IMG/VR virus record: IMGVR_UViG_3300023106_000004 | Coordinates: 1 to 55,987 of that record | Length of the DNA stretch: 55,987 bases | From: a virus | Strand: one strand, 5' to 3' | Part shown: positions 24,497-32,406 of the stretch, one piece after another | How the letters are laid out: every line of letters starts with the position of its first letter | Position numbering within the stretch: position 1 is the stretch's first letter | Position numbers and translations under genes: made by a program | Notes under the pieces: generated by a model | What the model was told of the DNA's origin: nothing | Databases searched by the model: none | The model's input: only the letters and a program-made list of their open reading frames with translations

Positions 24497-25192
24497 TCAC
24501 TTGATTTTATAGCACTCTGCGCCGGTATCGTAATTGCGCAAAGTATCAGCCCTCATTAGTACGACTAACGTACCTTCTTTAATTAGCTTTTCAATAATTT
24601 TTCTGAGTGTGCCAGTTGCGCCTAAAGTTGTACGTTTGAAGCTTGAGACTGATGCTGTGTTGCGTTGCAAATATGAGTACGTTATCACTCTATCGTTTTT
24701 CATTTTACTAGTTAGCCTAGTATCAATGTTAGCCATCGATGCGTAATCTTTAACTAAATACTTGTCTATCAATATTCTAACCTTTGTTTCGTTATCTGTT
24801 GTCTCTACTGGCTGTGGATTTAGTTTTGAATAGAACGCATCATTGTTAGTATTGTCTATCATACGAACAATTTCATAAGTTGATTCAGTTTCAACTAATA
24901 CAAATCGTTTAGTGTTTTTAGAATTCATTGTTAAATAACTTTTAATATCTTTACCAGTTAACAACATTGAATCATCTTTAGGCGCAACGATTGATTCGTT
25001 TTCGGCTAACAATTCCATGGCATTTTTAATTGCTAAATATTCGGCGGACAACTTGATAGCGATGGGGTTTTGCATGATGACGTATAAGCGAGTATTAGGG
25101 CTTTTCATTATACACGAATTTACTATATATCTCTGATCGATTAATAAAAAGTCGATTTTCTCGTAAGTCGTTGATTTTAAAGGATAAACCAC
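24497..25192 (-). CDS. hypothetical protein whose C-terminal ~64 aa is a paralogue of the primase-helicase C-terminus
   Basis: RVITYSYLQRNTASVSSFKRTTLGATGTLRKIIEKLIKEGTLVVLMRADTLRNYDTGAECYKI aligns with primase RIVPYSFLQRSTASNAAFKNDKIGASSALKRTIKILVDRGDLQVMMRADLMKKFGTGAEAYAI. The start (GTG at 25192) is uncertain. Confidence 0.6.
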   Translation of the reverse strand: MVYPLKSTTYEKIDFLLIDQRYIVNSCIMKSPNTRLYVIMQNPIAIKLSAEYLAIKNAMELLAENESIVAPKDDSMLLTGKDIKSYLTMNSKNTKRFVLVETESTYEIVRMIDNTNNDAFYSKLNPQPVETTDNETKVRILIDKYLVKDYASMANIDTRLTSKMKNDRVITYSYLQRNTASVSSFKRTTLGATGTLRKIIEKLIKEGTLVVLMRADTLRNYDTGAECYKIK

Positions 25193-25245
25193 GATTTCAT
25201 TAGTTTACTTCAATTAATAAAACCGAAAGTAGGGGTGTTGCACGC

Positions 25246-25383
25246 TTACAGCCCATTACAGCCCGTTGTACGTAATTACGTGTAAATTACGTGTAATTAC
25301 AAATAACCGGATGTAAGGGGGATAACCGTGTAACAAAAGGGTATTTATATTATTATTATTATATTTATTATTATTACTAGTAG
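25246..25383. repeat. iteron-like direct repeats followed by an A+T-only tract; candidate replication origin or operator region
   Basis: TTACAGCCC x2 (25246, 25256); AATTACGTGTAA x2 (25274, 25285); CGTGTAA again at 25327; ATAACCG x2 (25303, 25322); (TTA/TAT)n tract at 25341..25383. Confidence 0.4.
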
Positions 25384-25499
25384 TACAGTCAGTTGTTACC
25401 GGTTACGTCCATTGATGCAATCGGGATAACATCATTGTATACAATTTATTAATCGTTATATGCCGTGAAGATGCATGTTCACTGTTACAAAAAATCGGC

Positions 25500-25527
25500 T
25501 TGCATCCATGTGGGCATGTGTTATAGT
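25500..25527 (+). promoter_or_regulatory. sigma70-like promoter TTGCAT-16-TATAGT
   Basis: -35 at 25500..25505; -10 at 25522..25527; the spacer contains TGTGGGCA (25509..25516). Confidence 0.5.
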
Positions 25528-25563
25528 AAGTTCTCCAATTACCAGTTTTAAGGAGTTATCCCT

Positions 25564-25719
25564 ATGTCACTTACTGAGGCTATTACCAAGTTATCCGAAT
25601 TACGCGAAAAGTTCGGTGATACCGATTTACAGTTATCGGAAGATTTGGCTGAACACGGACAATCTCAAGAATTAGATTTTGTTCATATTGATTTCAATGT
25701 TTACGTTGTTAGGAGTTAA
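25564..25719 (+). CDS. hypothetical protein (51 aa)
   Basis: AAGGAG 7 nt upstream of the ATG; translation MSLTEAITKLSELREKFGDTD... Confidence 0.5.
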   Translation: MSLTEAITKLSELREKFGDTDLQLSEDLAEHGQSQELDFVHIDFNVYVVRS

Positions 25720-25723
25720 AACC

Positions 25724-26149
25724 ATGTCGCGTCCTATTGTTGATTCATCCCCTGTTGCTAAAGAATCGGCTGACAGCCGCTTTAAGGCTAAATACGATTT
25801 CCCGTTTGAACAGCTTACTGTGGGCAAATCGTTTGCAGTTGAATTTAGTGAGGTTGCAAGCTTTGCCGTGTTGCGTGTTACTGCCGATAGACACGGTAAG
25901 AAGTTGAACAAGAAATTCCGTTGCATCAAACATGAAATCAATTACGAGGTTGCATGCGTTGCTGAAGTAGAACCCGAAAAGGCTGTTGCGCCAGTTGAAC
26001 CCGGTAGCGCCTGGACACCACCAAAAGACGTTGATCCAAATTTGTCGGTAGAAGATGCTGCAAAGCTATTTATGGTTCAGCCTGGACAAACCGTTAGTAA
26101 GATGCCGGTTTGGGGTACAGCTAGTTCTACCGAAGATGGTACGGATTAA
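25724..26149 (+). CDS. hypothetical protein, member of the (Y/F)PFxxLxVGxSF paralogue family
   Basis: AGGAG before the ATG at 25724; motif YDFPFEQLTVGKSFAV ... KKFRCIKH. Confidence 0.6.
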   Translation: MSRPIVDSSPVAKESADSRFKAKYDFPFEQLTVGKSFAVEFSEVASFAVLRVTADRHGKKLNKKFRCIKHEINYEVACVAEVEPEKAVAPVEPGSAWTPPKDVDPNLSVEDAAKLFMVQPGQTVSKMPVWGTASSTEDGTD

Positions 26150-26151
26150 TT

Positions 26152-26343
26152 ATGTTCAAACCAACTGTATACTTTGAACATGGTTGGTGGCGGGTGCGTC
26201 AACATTACGTATGGAGAAATCTAAATCGTGATGAACGAACAAATTTAATAGTTGTATACGAAAGGATTTCAATGATGAATAGCCTAAATAGTCCATTCAG
26301 ACATTTAGGATATGCAGCTATGCTAAAACGCGGTATTAATTAA
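26152..26343 (+). CDS. hypothetical protein (63 aa)
   Basis: Track ORF. Confidence 0.55.
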   Translation: MFKPTVYFEHGWWRVRQHYVWRNLNRDERTNLIVVYERISMMNSLNSPFRHLGYAAMLKRGIN

Positions 26344-26378
26344 CGTTACACCCTGTTGCAACTTAGTTGTCGAAATAC

Positions 26379-26425
26379 TTGCAAACGTTAGGAATTGACG
26401 TTATAATTGAGTCACACCAAACCAC
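26379..26425 (+). promoter_or_regulatory. early promoter, family member 3 (TTGCAA-17-TATAAT) plus conserved leader
   Basis: -35 at 26379..26384; -10 at 26402..26407; leader TGAGTCACACCAAACCAC. Confidence 0.5.
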
Positions 26426-26438
26426 TAAGGAAAACGAA

Positions 26439-26594
26439 ATGACCAAGATCACACTCAGCCAAGTAAAAGAATTGATCGCAACTAATCATGTTGTGTTTGC
26501 ATATCCCCGTAAAAACTTGGTTGTGGTCAATGGCTTCAAGCGTTACGAAGCAAGTGATGCGGTTTGTAAGTTTGTTAAAGAATCGGCTAAGTAA
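26439..26594 (+). CDS. hypothetical protein (51 aa)
   Basis: First ATG after the leader, preceded by AAGGAAAACGAA. Confidence 0.55.
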   Translation: MTKITLSQVKELIATNHVVFAYPRKNLVVVNGFKRYEASDAVCKFVKESAK

Positions 26595-26873
26595 ATGCAA
26601 TCCATCCCATACCAATTAGACCTTTGCAGTCCTGAAGCTGCAAAGCTAATTACTGGTTCAAAGCTAACACCTAACCCAATGGGTGAACGCGAACGCATGA
26701 TACCGATTAATAAGTTGCGTGTAGGTGAAAGCCTATTCTTTAATTATGGTGAAATCGTGCGCGTAAAGATTACCCTGGCACGCGAGTGTGCACAACGATA
26801 CAACAAACATTATGATGATATGTTTGCCATTGTTCGGCATGAAAAGAAGCTAGAGATTGTGAGGGTGAAATGA
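26595..26873 (+). CDS. hypothetical protein, (Y/F)PFxxLxVGxSF family member
   Basis: IPINKLRVGESLFF ... MFAIVRHEKKLEIVRV. Confidence 0.6.
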   Translation: MQSIPYQLDLCSPEAAKLITGSKLTPNPMGERERMIPINKLRVGESLFFNYGEIVRVKITLARECAQRYNKHYDDMFAIVRHEKKLEIVRVK

Positions 26874-27070
26874 GCAAATCTAGAATCGATGCACTATTGC
26901 TTGCGTGGCTTGCATTCGCTAATCCGCCACTAAAAAGCCATGCAATTAATGAGGTTTGGATTGACGAACTAGATAAGGTTATTGATGATGATGGTTTTGT
27001 TAACCCGCGTATTCGTGAACCAAAACAAAAAGCGCAATGGAAGCGTGAAGTAAACAGGGGTAGGAAATAA
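26870..27070 (+). CDS. hypothetical protein (66 aa)
   Basis: Track ORF, ATGA coupling. Confidence 0.55.
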   Translation: MSKSRIDALLLAWLAFANPPLKSHAINEVWIDELDKVIDDDGFVNPRIREPKQKAQWKREVNRGRK

Positions 27071-27270
27071 TGCTTTACTACGAACAACAATATGAACCAA
27101 ATGAAGTTGGTGTATATGCTTGCCGTGTTCCCGATGAATTGATTAAAGGTTTCTACAAAGATATTTTTCTTATGTGGCATGATAATAGATGGGGCTATTT
27201 GGGTAGTCCTGTTAATTACCGTGGTGAAGTTAGTGGATGGATTGGACCTTTGCAACGCAAGTTAGGATAA
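27070..27270 (+). CDS. hypothetical protein (66 aa)
   Basis: Track ORF, TAATG coupling. Confidence 0.55.
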   Translation: MLYYEQQYEPNEVGVYACRVPDELIKGFYKDIFLMWHDNRWGYLGSPVNYRGEVSGWIGPLQRKLG

Positions 27271-27558
27271 ATGATGGACAATACACCCATAGGCAACATC
27301 AACTTTGTCAAGTGCTATAAAGACGGTAGAGCTATTTACCGCGAGATTGACAGTATTGAACCAACGCAGTCTACTCGCTACGGTAGAGTACGCAACATTC
27401 CCAAGCTTGAACCCGGCGAATCACTACGCTGGACTGTAGACAATGAACCGCTTATAGTCCCTGGTGTGGTGCATGGCAAGATGCTTTGCCGTATCGAGTT
27501 TGGCGAATTCGGTACATGTGATTGTGCTATTGGTACGTGTATACAGGTGGTGAAATGA
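27271..27558 (+). CDS. hypothetical protein (95 aa), degenerate member of the LxxGxS family
   Basis: NIPKLEPGESLRW; Cys pairs near the C-terminus. Confidence 0.55.
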   Translation: MMDNTPIGNINFVKCYKDGRAIYREIDSIEPTQSTRYGRVRNIPKLEPGESLRWTVDNEPLIVPGVVHGKMLCRIEFGEFGTCDCAIGTCIQVVK

Positions 27559-27662
27559 TGAAACAAATACTAAAAGCGTTATTGATTGCCTTTATATTGG
27601 TATGGGTATTACCTTTTTGTTTGGCTGTAACGTTTGCATTGATACATAGTATTACACATTAG
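27555..27662 (+). CDS. small hydrophobic peptide (35 aa)
   Basis: ATGA coupling; translation MMKQILKALLIAFILVWVLPFCLAVTFALIHSITH. Confidence 0.4.
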   Translation: MMKQILKALLIAFILVWVLPFCLAVTFALIHSITH

Positions 27663-27725
27663 TATTTGACGAACTGAATTGTGGTGATATAATTGGTACA
27701 TCAACAACCAACTAGGGCGAACAAA

Positions 27726-27929
27726 ATGCTTTATCCACTCACACAACATAACGGTTATTGGGCTCAAGTTATGAAATCTGATATGGCAAAAGGTCGTACA
27801 GAACAACGCGTTTGTAACGATACATACCGTGCAATTTTGATGATGGGTCGCGGTCTTACTGAAGCAATGAACGTTACACAACAAGCTGCATATTTTGCAG
27901 GTATCGATAGTTCTAAAGTTAATTGGTAA
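27726..27929 (+). CDS. hypothetical protein (67 aa)
   Basis: ATG at 27726 within track ORF 27693..27929 (the track start is TTG). Confidence 0.5.
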   Translation: MLYPLTQHNGYWAQVMKSDMAKGRTEQRVCNDTYRAILMMGRGLTEAMNVTQQAAYFAGIDSSKVNW

Positions 27930-27986
27930 ATAACATGTGGCCATTCCCGTTTGTTTATGGTAAAATTCCTACTGAACCGAAATCAA

Positions 27987-28121
27987 ATGACATACCTAAA
28001 ACTAGCCGAACATTGTTATGCTCAAATGATGATGTTTAATCCCAACGGCGGAATGTGCAATCTTTTTGAAGAAGATATGTACACCTATTTATTTTTAGCC
28101 GCTGAATCTGGAGAAATTTAA
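27987..28121 (+). CDS. hypothetical protein (44 aa)
   Basis: The stop lies 1 nt before the next ATG. An alternative 34-aa ORF at 27935..28039 overlaps it. Confidence 0.35.
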   Translation: MTYLKLAEHCYAQMMMFNPNGGMCNLFEEDMYTYLFLAAESGEI

Positions 28122-28122
28122 A

Positions 28123-28296
28123 ATGTATGTACTAATGTATAGAAATCGAGTAAGCGATAATCCTGCTGAAAGTTGGAGAATCTTTCCAGAAGGCTTGTAT
28201 TTTAGTAAGCCGTCAGCTTTGTCGGATTGCAAGATTATGAATAGCAATGCTACTACATTCATGTATGCAGTATTTGAACTGAAAGAGGTTAAATAA
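28123..28296 (+). CDS. hypothetical protein (57 aa)
   Basis: Tightly packed; translation MYVLMYRNRVSDNPAESWRIFPEGLYF... Confidence 0.45.
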   Translation: MYVLMYRNRVSDNPAESWRIFPEGLYFSKPSALSDCKIMNSNATTFMYAVFELKEVK

Positions 28297-28297
28297 A

Positions 28298-28435
28298 ATG
28301 TCTACCAACGCCATCAAATTGTTGAATATTCAGTACGTGCTAAGTTTGTCGTATACAGGCGAACCGCTTAAAGATTGCATTCGCTATGACGTCATGCGCC
28401 ACATTGCCGCTAAAATTATTGGTGCGGGGTGCTAG
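28298..28435 (+). CDS. hypothetical protein (45 aa)
   Basis: Tightly packed ORF, 1 nt after the previous stop. Confidence 0.4.
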   Translation: MSTNAIKLLNIQYVLSLSYTGEPLKDCIRYDVMRHIAAKIIGAGC

Positions 28436-28437
28436 GA

Positions 28438-28560
28438 ATGTCCAATAAACACTTATGTCTAATTTTAGGTACGATAGCTATTGCACCACATATAACCGCA
28501 CCAATTGGCGCCATGATGGGACTAATCTGGTTTATTATTTCACTTTGCGTTAATGATTAA
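28438..28560 (+). CDS. small hydrophobic peptide (40 aa)
   Basis: Translation MSNKHLCLILGTIAIAPHITAPIGAMMGLIWFIISLCVND; 2 nt after the previous stop. Confidence 0.4.
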   Translation: MSNKHLCLILGTIAIAPHITAPIGAMMGLIWFIISLCVND

Positions 28561-28561
28561 A

Positions 28562-28789
28562 ATGTCATTACTAACTGACGCCCTATTGCAAGATGCCGAA
28601 TGGTGGTTTAGTCCACGTATGACGCCACCAATTAAGGATGATATTGATGTGCATGTGTTCCTAATGCGTGAACACTATGGTGTGGATCAAAATGCAAACG
28701 GCAAATCGCGCGCCAAGTTCAGTAACGAAACTGAAATGTGGTTTAATTTGATGGTTCGGGAAGATTTGATGTATGAAAATATTCTATAA
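28562..28789 (+). CDS. hypothetical protein (75 aa)
   Basis: ATG at 28562 within track ORF 28553..28789. Confidence 0.55.
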   Translation: MSLLTDALLQDAEWWFSPRMTPPIKDDIDVHVFLMREHYGVDQNANGKSRAKFSNETEMWFNLMVREDLMYENIL

Positions 28790-28973
28790 ACCAACTATCA
28801 AAATCGTCAACGGTTTGTATACTGTTGACCCTGATGACGTTAAAGATAGACTATTTAACGCTGGTAATTGGTATAAGGCGTTAGTTTGGTGCAACAAGAT
28901 GAATCGTAAAGTTTCATTGCAAAAAGAAATTAACGAATATATTCACGGCGATACGATCTACAGGTATTATTAG
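28773..28973 (+). CDS. hypothetical protein (66 aa)
   Basis: Track ORF. Confidence 0.5.
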   Translation: MKIFYKPTIKIVNGLYTVDPDDVKDRLFNAGNWYKALVWCNKMNRKVSLQKEINEYIHGDTIYRYY

Positions 28974-29006
28974 TGTATAATTGATGCATCAACTAAAGGA
29001 GCTAAC

Positions 29007-29318
29007 ATGCTACACACTACCCACCGCCTAGACAACACCATTCCGGGCATTGAAGTAACTGAAACGTTTGGTGATTTTGCTAACGATTTTGCTGAAACTG
29101 TGCCGATGGAATACACGCCGCCCGAAGATGCTCCGGTAGATTTGGTAGAAACTACTGTGGGCATTGCTACAAAGCGCCTGGACAGTTTCCTAGACCAATT
29201 GCAACGATTGAATTATCGTTATGCATACTCGGGTATACGCTATACGTCTAGCGCCGACTATCGCGCAGAATTGGCGGATATTAAATTGAAGTGTGTTAAA
29301 GATATGTTGGGGGTATAA
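29007..29318 (+). CDS. hypothetical acidic protein (103 aa)
   Basis: TATAAT (28976) and AAGGAG upstream; track ORF. Confidence 0.6.
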   Translation: MLHTTHRLDNTIPGIEVTETFGDFANDFAETVPMEYTPPEDAPVDLVETTVGIATKRLDSFLDQLQRLNYRYAYSGIRYTSSADYRAELADIKLKCVKDMLGV

Positions 29319-29322
29319 AATC

Positions 29323-29478
29323 ATGTCTAAAGGTGAATACCGCAAGTTAAACAGTTACGGCCCTGGTGGTTGGAAATGCACTTGCTGTGCGCCACCACCG
29401 GGACAACCGAAAAAGAAATCAAAACGAATTGCACGCAAAAAACTAAATTTGTTTCGTGATTTGCTTGATAAGGAATAG
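29323..29478 (+). CDS. small basic Cys-containing protein (51 aa)
   Basis: ATG at 29323; GPGGWKCTCC followed by a K/R-rich tail. Confidence 0.5.
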   Translation: MSKGEYRKLNSYGPGGWKCTCCAPPPGQPKKKSKRIARKKLNLFRDLLDKE

Positions 29479-29479
29479 T

Positions 29480-29671
29480 ATGCAAACCCTACACGAAAAG
29501 ATAGAATTGGCGCATCGTATAGCCAAATTGTATAAGTATCGTGTAGTAAATTGTGGAAGTCAGTTATTCCCACAATGGGTTATGTATTCTGAGTTTGGTA
29601 GCCGAATCGGTGCACGCAAAACTATTGACGGTATGCTGCGTTTAGTTAAACAGGTTACGGGTTACAAATAA
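29480..29671 (+). CDS. hypothetical protein (63 aa)
   Basis: ATG at 29480 within the track ORF. Confidence 0.5.
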   Translation: MQTLHEKIELAHRIAKLYKYRVVNCGSQLFPQWVMYSEFGSRIGARKTIDGMLRLVKQVTGYK

Positions 29672-29737
29672 TTACAACAAAACTTTAGATATAGTTTAAA
29701 TTTGACGTATAATTAACGTACCAACAAAGGAGATATT

Positions 29738-29917
29738 ATGCCTAATCTTACCCCGTCAGAATGGATGATTTTCGGTGCATCGGTTGTTGCAATTATCATT
29801 ATTGCAATGTATTACTTTTCTAGCCATTCACCAATCATTAACGATATCGACTATCCACCTACGGACAATGACCATATGATTTGTGGTAAAATTACCGGGC
29901 CTAAAAATGTTGATTAA
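29738..29917 (+). CDS. small membrane protein (59 aa)
   Basis: TATAAT at 29708 and AAGGAG upstream; TM helix WMIFGASVVAIIIIAMYYF. Confidence 0.5.
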   Translation: MPNLTPSEWMIFGASVVAIIIIAMYYFSSHSPIINDIDYPPTDNDHMICGKITGPKNVD

Positions 29918-30086
29918 AACTAAACAAGGTGTAGTAATTAAAAAATCACCTATGCATATCGGTGTTGCCCACAAGTTAAAGGCCGCTTGTCATAGTGATT
30001 CCGAAACTGGCGTATTCTGGCAACGTTACCCGGATTACTCGGCCGATACGCTTAAGCTACAAAAGGCTTTGCTGAATCATGTTTAA
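29907..30086 (+). CDS. hypothetical protein (59 aa)
   Basis: ATG at 29907 within the track ORF. Confidence 0.5.
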   Translation: MLIKTKQGVVIKKSPMHIGVAHKLKAACHSDSETGVFWQRYPDYSADTLKLQKALLNHV

Positions 30087-30264
30087 ATACCTATTCCGCG
30101 TAAAGTATAAAATTGTTCCTAAGTCGTATCCCGATGTGGTGCGCTGGTATTGGGAAATTCACTATAAGAAATGGTACTATTTTGATTACAAGAAATCCGG
30201 TATGATATTCAAGTCTGAATTAAGTGCACGTATGCAAATGGCTAGTCTTAACGCAAAGGTTTAA
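30079..30264 (+). CDS. hypothetical basic protein (61 aa)
   Basis: Track ORF. Confidence 0.5.
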   Translation: MFKYLFRVKYKIVPKSYPDVVRWYWEIHYKKWYYFDYKKSGMIFKSELSARMQMASLNAKV

Positions 30265-30552
30265 ATGTCAAAGCCAATCGAATCCGGCTGTCTTGCTGAA
30301 GTCATTTTTGGGTTATCTGGTTTGGATAGTCCTAACATCGGCCTAATTGTGCGAGTTGTATCGCTTCAGGGTGAACACACACAACACGGTAGAATTTGGC
30401 GCTGTAAGGCTGAATATGCAGAGCGCGGACAACCCGGTGTAAACGTACCGCCTGGATATAGTGATTTTGCACAAAATTGGTTGCGTCGAATCGATGAAGA
30501 TAAAACGAAACCTAAAGAACTAATTAAAGAAATGGAAAAAGAAAATGGCTGA
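30265..30552 (+). CDS. hypothetical protein (95 aa)
   Basis: Track ORF. Confidence 0.55.
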   Translation: MSKPIESGCLAEVIFGLSGLDSPNIGLIVRVVSLQGEHTQHGRIWRCKAEYAERGQPGVNVPPGYSDFAQNWLRRIDEDKTKPKELIKEMEKENG

Positions 30553-30715
30553 AGCAAATAAAATTGTAGGTAAAATGGAAATTGTTCTACTTGTCGATAT
30601 TGAAAAACAAGTTGACGATTTAGCAGAATTGATTGCACAACGAGCATATACAATAGATGGTGTATCTAATGTATATATTCAAGAAACTAAATATTTTAGG
30701 GCTGAAACAAAATGA
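30545..30715 (+). CDS. hypothetical protein (56 aa)
   Basis: Overlaps the upstream stop; its stop overlaps the next ATG (ATGA). Confidence 0.45.
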   Translation: MAEANKIVGKMEIVLLVDIEKQVDDLAELIAQRAYTIDGVSNVYIQETKYFRAETK

Positions 30716-30960
30716 CTGATATCGAATTGCGCGACAGTATTGCAAAAGAATTGTTTTTATATGGCATGACTAATCAACATGCTATATTACCTGATAACAT
30801 TAAGACGCAATCTAAAGATGTAGTAGACAAATGGCGAAAAGAATTTACAAAAGATGTTGCTATACTTTGTTTGGATGCAGCCGAAGTTTTCATGAATGAG
30901 AAATACAACCGTGCAGACAAAAAACCAAGTTCACGAGATTTCATCGGAAGTGCACAATAA
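30712..30960 (+). CDS. hypothetical protein (82 aa)
   Basis: Track ORF. Confidence 0.55.
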   Translation: MTDIELRDSIAKELFLYGMTNQHAILPDNIKTQSKDVVDKWRKEFTKDVAILCLDAAEVFMNEKYNRADKKPSSRDFIGSAQ

Positions 30961-31249
30961 AGAGCGTATATTTAACGCTCTACCCGGTTCAGCTAGCGAC
31001 ATTGCTGAACGCTTAGGATTGAAGCGCAATACTGTATCCCAATGGCTAAACGTAATGAAACGTGATGGTGATGTATTCATTTCCAAAAGTTTAGTAATTG
31101 ATGCATACAGGGAAAAGTATTGGGATAAGGGCGTCGGACGTACAGTTAAGATGCCTGCAATTGGTGCTAACGAACGATCAAAAACGTATAGACTCAAGTG
31201 CAAAAACATGGTAAAATCTGAGCACCTTAACGCTTTATTTGGAAGATAA
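30896..31249 (+). CDS. winged-helix DNA-binding protein
   Basis: SASDIAERLGLKRNTVSQWLNVMKRDGDVFISK. The start is uncertain: ATG at 30896 overlaps the upstream gene by 65 nt, and GTG at 30950 is an alternative. Confidence 0.5.
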   Translation: MRNTTVQTKNQVHEISSEVHNKERIFNALPGSASDIAERLGLKRNTVSQWLNVMKRDGDVFISKSLVIDAYREKYWDKGVGRTVKMPAIGANERSKTYRLKCKNMVKSEHLNALFGR

Positions 31250-31250
31250 A

Positions 31251-31445
31251 ATGAAATTATCCCAACTGATAGGCCAATTAACCACTATCGCATTAGCACA
31301 TGGCGATATGGAAGTATCGATTAGAAAAGAATTAGCAGACTTTGACGATACTAGACAAATAAAAGATGTTGACACTTGGCAGTATGATCCTTATGATAGT
31401 GATGAAAAAGCTAAACGTTATTGTGTTATAGAAATGGCAATATAA
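31251..31445 (+). CDS. hypothetical protein (64 aa)
   Basis: ATG at 31251 preceded by GGAAG. Confidence 0.5.
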   Translation: MKLSQLIGQLTTIALAHGDMEVSIRKELADFDDTRQIKDVDTWQYDPYDSDEKAKRYCVIEMAI

Positions 31446-31636
31446 TGGACGAAGCCGACATTACAGACGAACGAATTGCCATCGCATCAGAGAATGCCAT
31501 TAACAAGGTTAGAAACGCCGTTGCTCGGATACCTGTGGGCATTCCTGGCGAATGTGACAAATGTGGCGAAGATATGCCGCGATTGGTTGATGGATGGTGT
31601 TGCTGGTGTCGGGACAAATTTAAGGTGAACGTATGA
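31445..31636 (+). CDS. TraR/DksA-type C4 zinc-finger protein
   Basis: CDKCGEDMP...CCWCRDKF; about 63 aa; TAATG coupling. Confidence 0.6.
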   Translation: MDEADITDERIAIASENAINKVRNAVARIPVGIPGECDKCGEDMPRLVDGWCCWCRDKFKVNV

Positions 31637-32136
31637 ACCCCTGGCAACTAGCTGGAACTTCTGAAAGTTCACAACAGATTGCACTATTTTGTTTCGCTGC
31701 TAAGGCGTGTAAGTATGGTTTTACTATTGCTAAAAGTCAGGATGCATATAAACCATTAAATGAATTCTTTAAAGCTGCACCAGTAGAAGAACTTAAATGG
31801 TTATTCCATATTCCGAATGGTGGCAAACGTGGCGATACACAACGTTCGGCCACTATTGCGGGCGGATTGCTGAAGGCTGAAGGCGTTAAAGCTGGTGTGC
31901 ATGACATTATGTGGCCTTTACATAGGGTATCTATGGAAGGTAAAGGGCAAAGTTATCACGGCCTATTTATCGAAATGAAAGCACCACGAATTAAAACTAA
32001 ATCTAATCCGCAATCTGGTTGTAGTCCTGAGCAAATCGAATTCGGTAATTTTGCCCACAATCAAGGCTTCGCTGTACACGTTTGCTATGACTGGTTAGAA
32101 GCTGCTCACATTTTAGAATGGTATTACACGCTATGA
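31633..32136 (+). CDS. VRR-NUC domain nuclease
   Basis: HIPNGGKRG...GVKAGVHDIMW...GLFIEMKAP...SPEQIEF (D...ExK core and the typical flanks). Confidence 0.75.
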   Translation: MNPWQLAGTSESSQQIALFCFAAKACKYGFTIAKSQDAYKPLNEFFKAAPVEELKWLFHIPNGGKRGDTQRSATIAGGLLKAEGVKAGVHDIMWPLHRVSMEGKGQSYHGLFIEMKAPRIKTKSNPQSGCSPEQIEFGNFAHNQGFAVHVCYDWLEAAHILEWYYTL

Positions 32137-32405
32137 CTATTATCCTACGCGATTACGAAGTGCCAAATTGCCCGGTTAAGGCACTGGCGCAAGACTATAC
32201 AGATAGACTCGATAAACTAGAATCCATACGCTTACGTTATCGTGAAGCTGAAGATTTATATAACGAAACTTTAAATGAAACAAAACAGTGTGAAACACAT
32301 TTAGTTAAACTTGTCGGTTCAAATTGTGTTAGCGTTTCAAACGGTCGAATTCTTGTAGCTAATCAAAGTTATAACAGAATTGAACTAAAACAGTGTATTA
32401 AATAA
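32133..32405 (+). CDS. hypothetical protein (90 aa)
   Basis: ATGA overlap with the VRR-NUC stop. Confidence 0.5.
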   Translation: MTIILRDYEVPNCPVKALAQDYTDRLDKLESIRLRYREAEDLYNETLNETKQCETHLVKLVGSNCVSVSNGRILVANQSYNRIELKQCIK

Positions 32406-32406
32406 T

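Noticed and set aside
25341-25383. (TAT/TTA)n tract considered as a CRISPR array or microsatellite
   Set aside because: It has no repeat-spacer organisation and is only 43 nt of A/T. It is better explained as an unwinding element or spacer of a control region.
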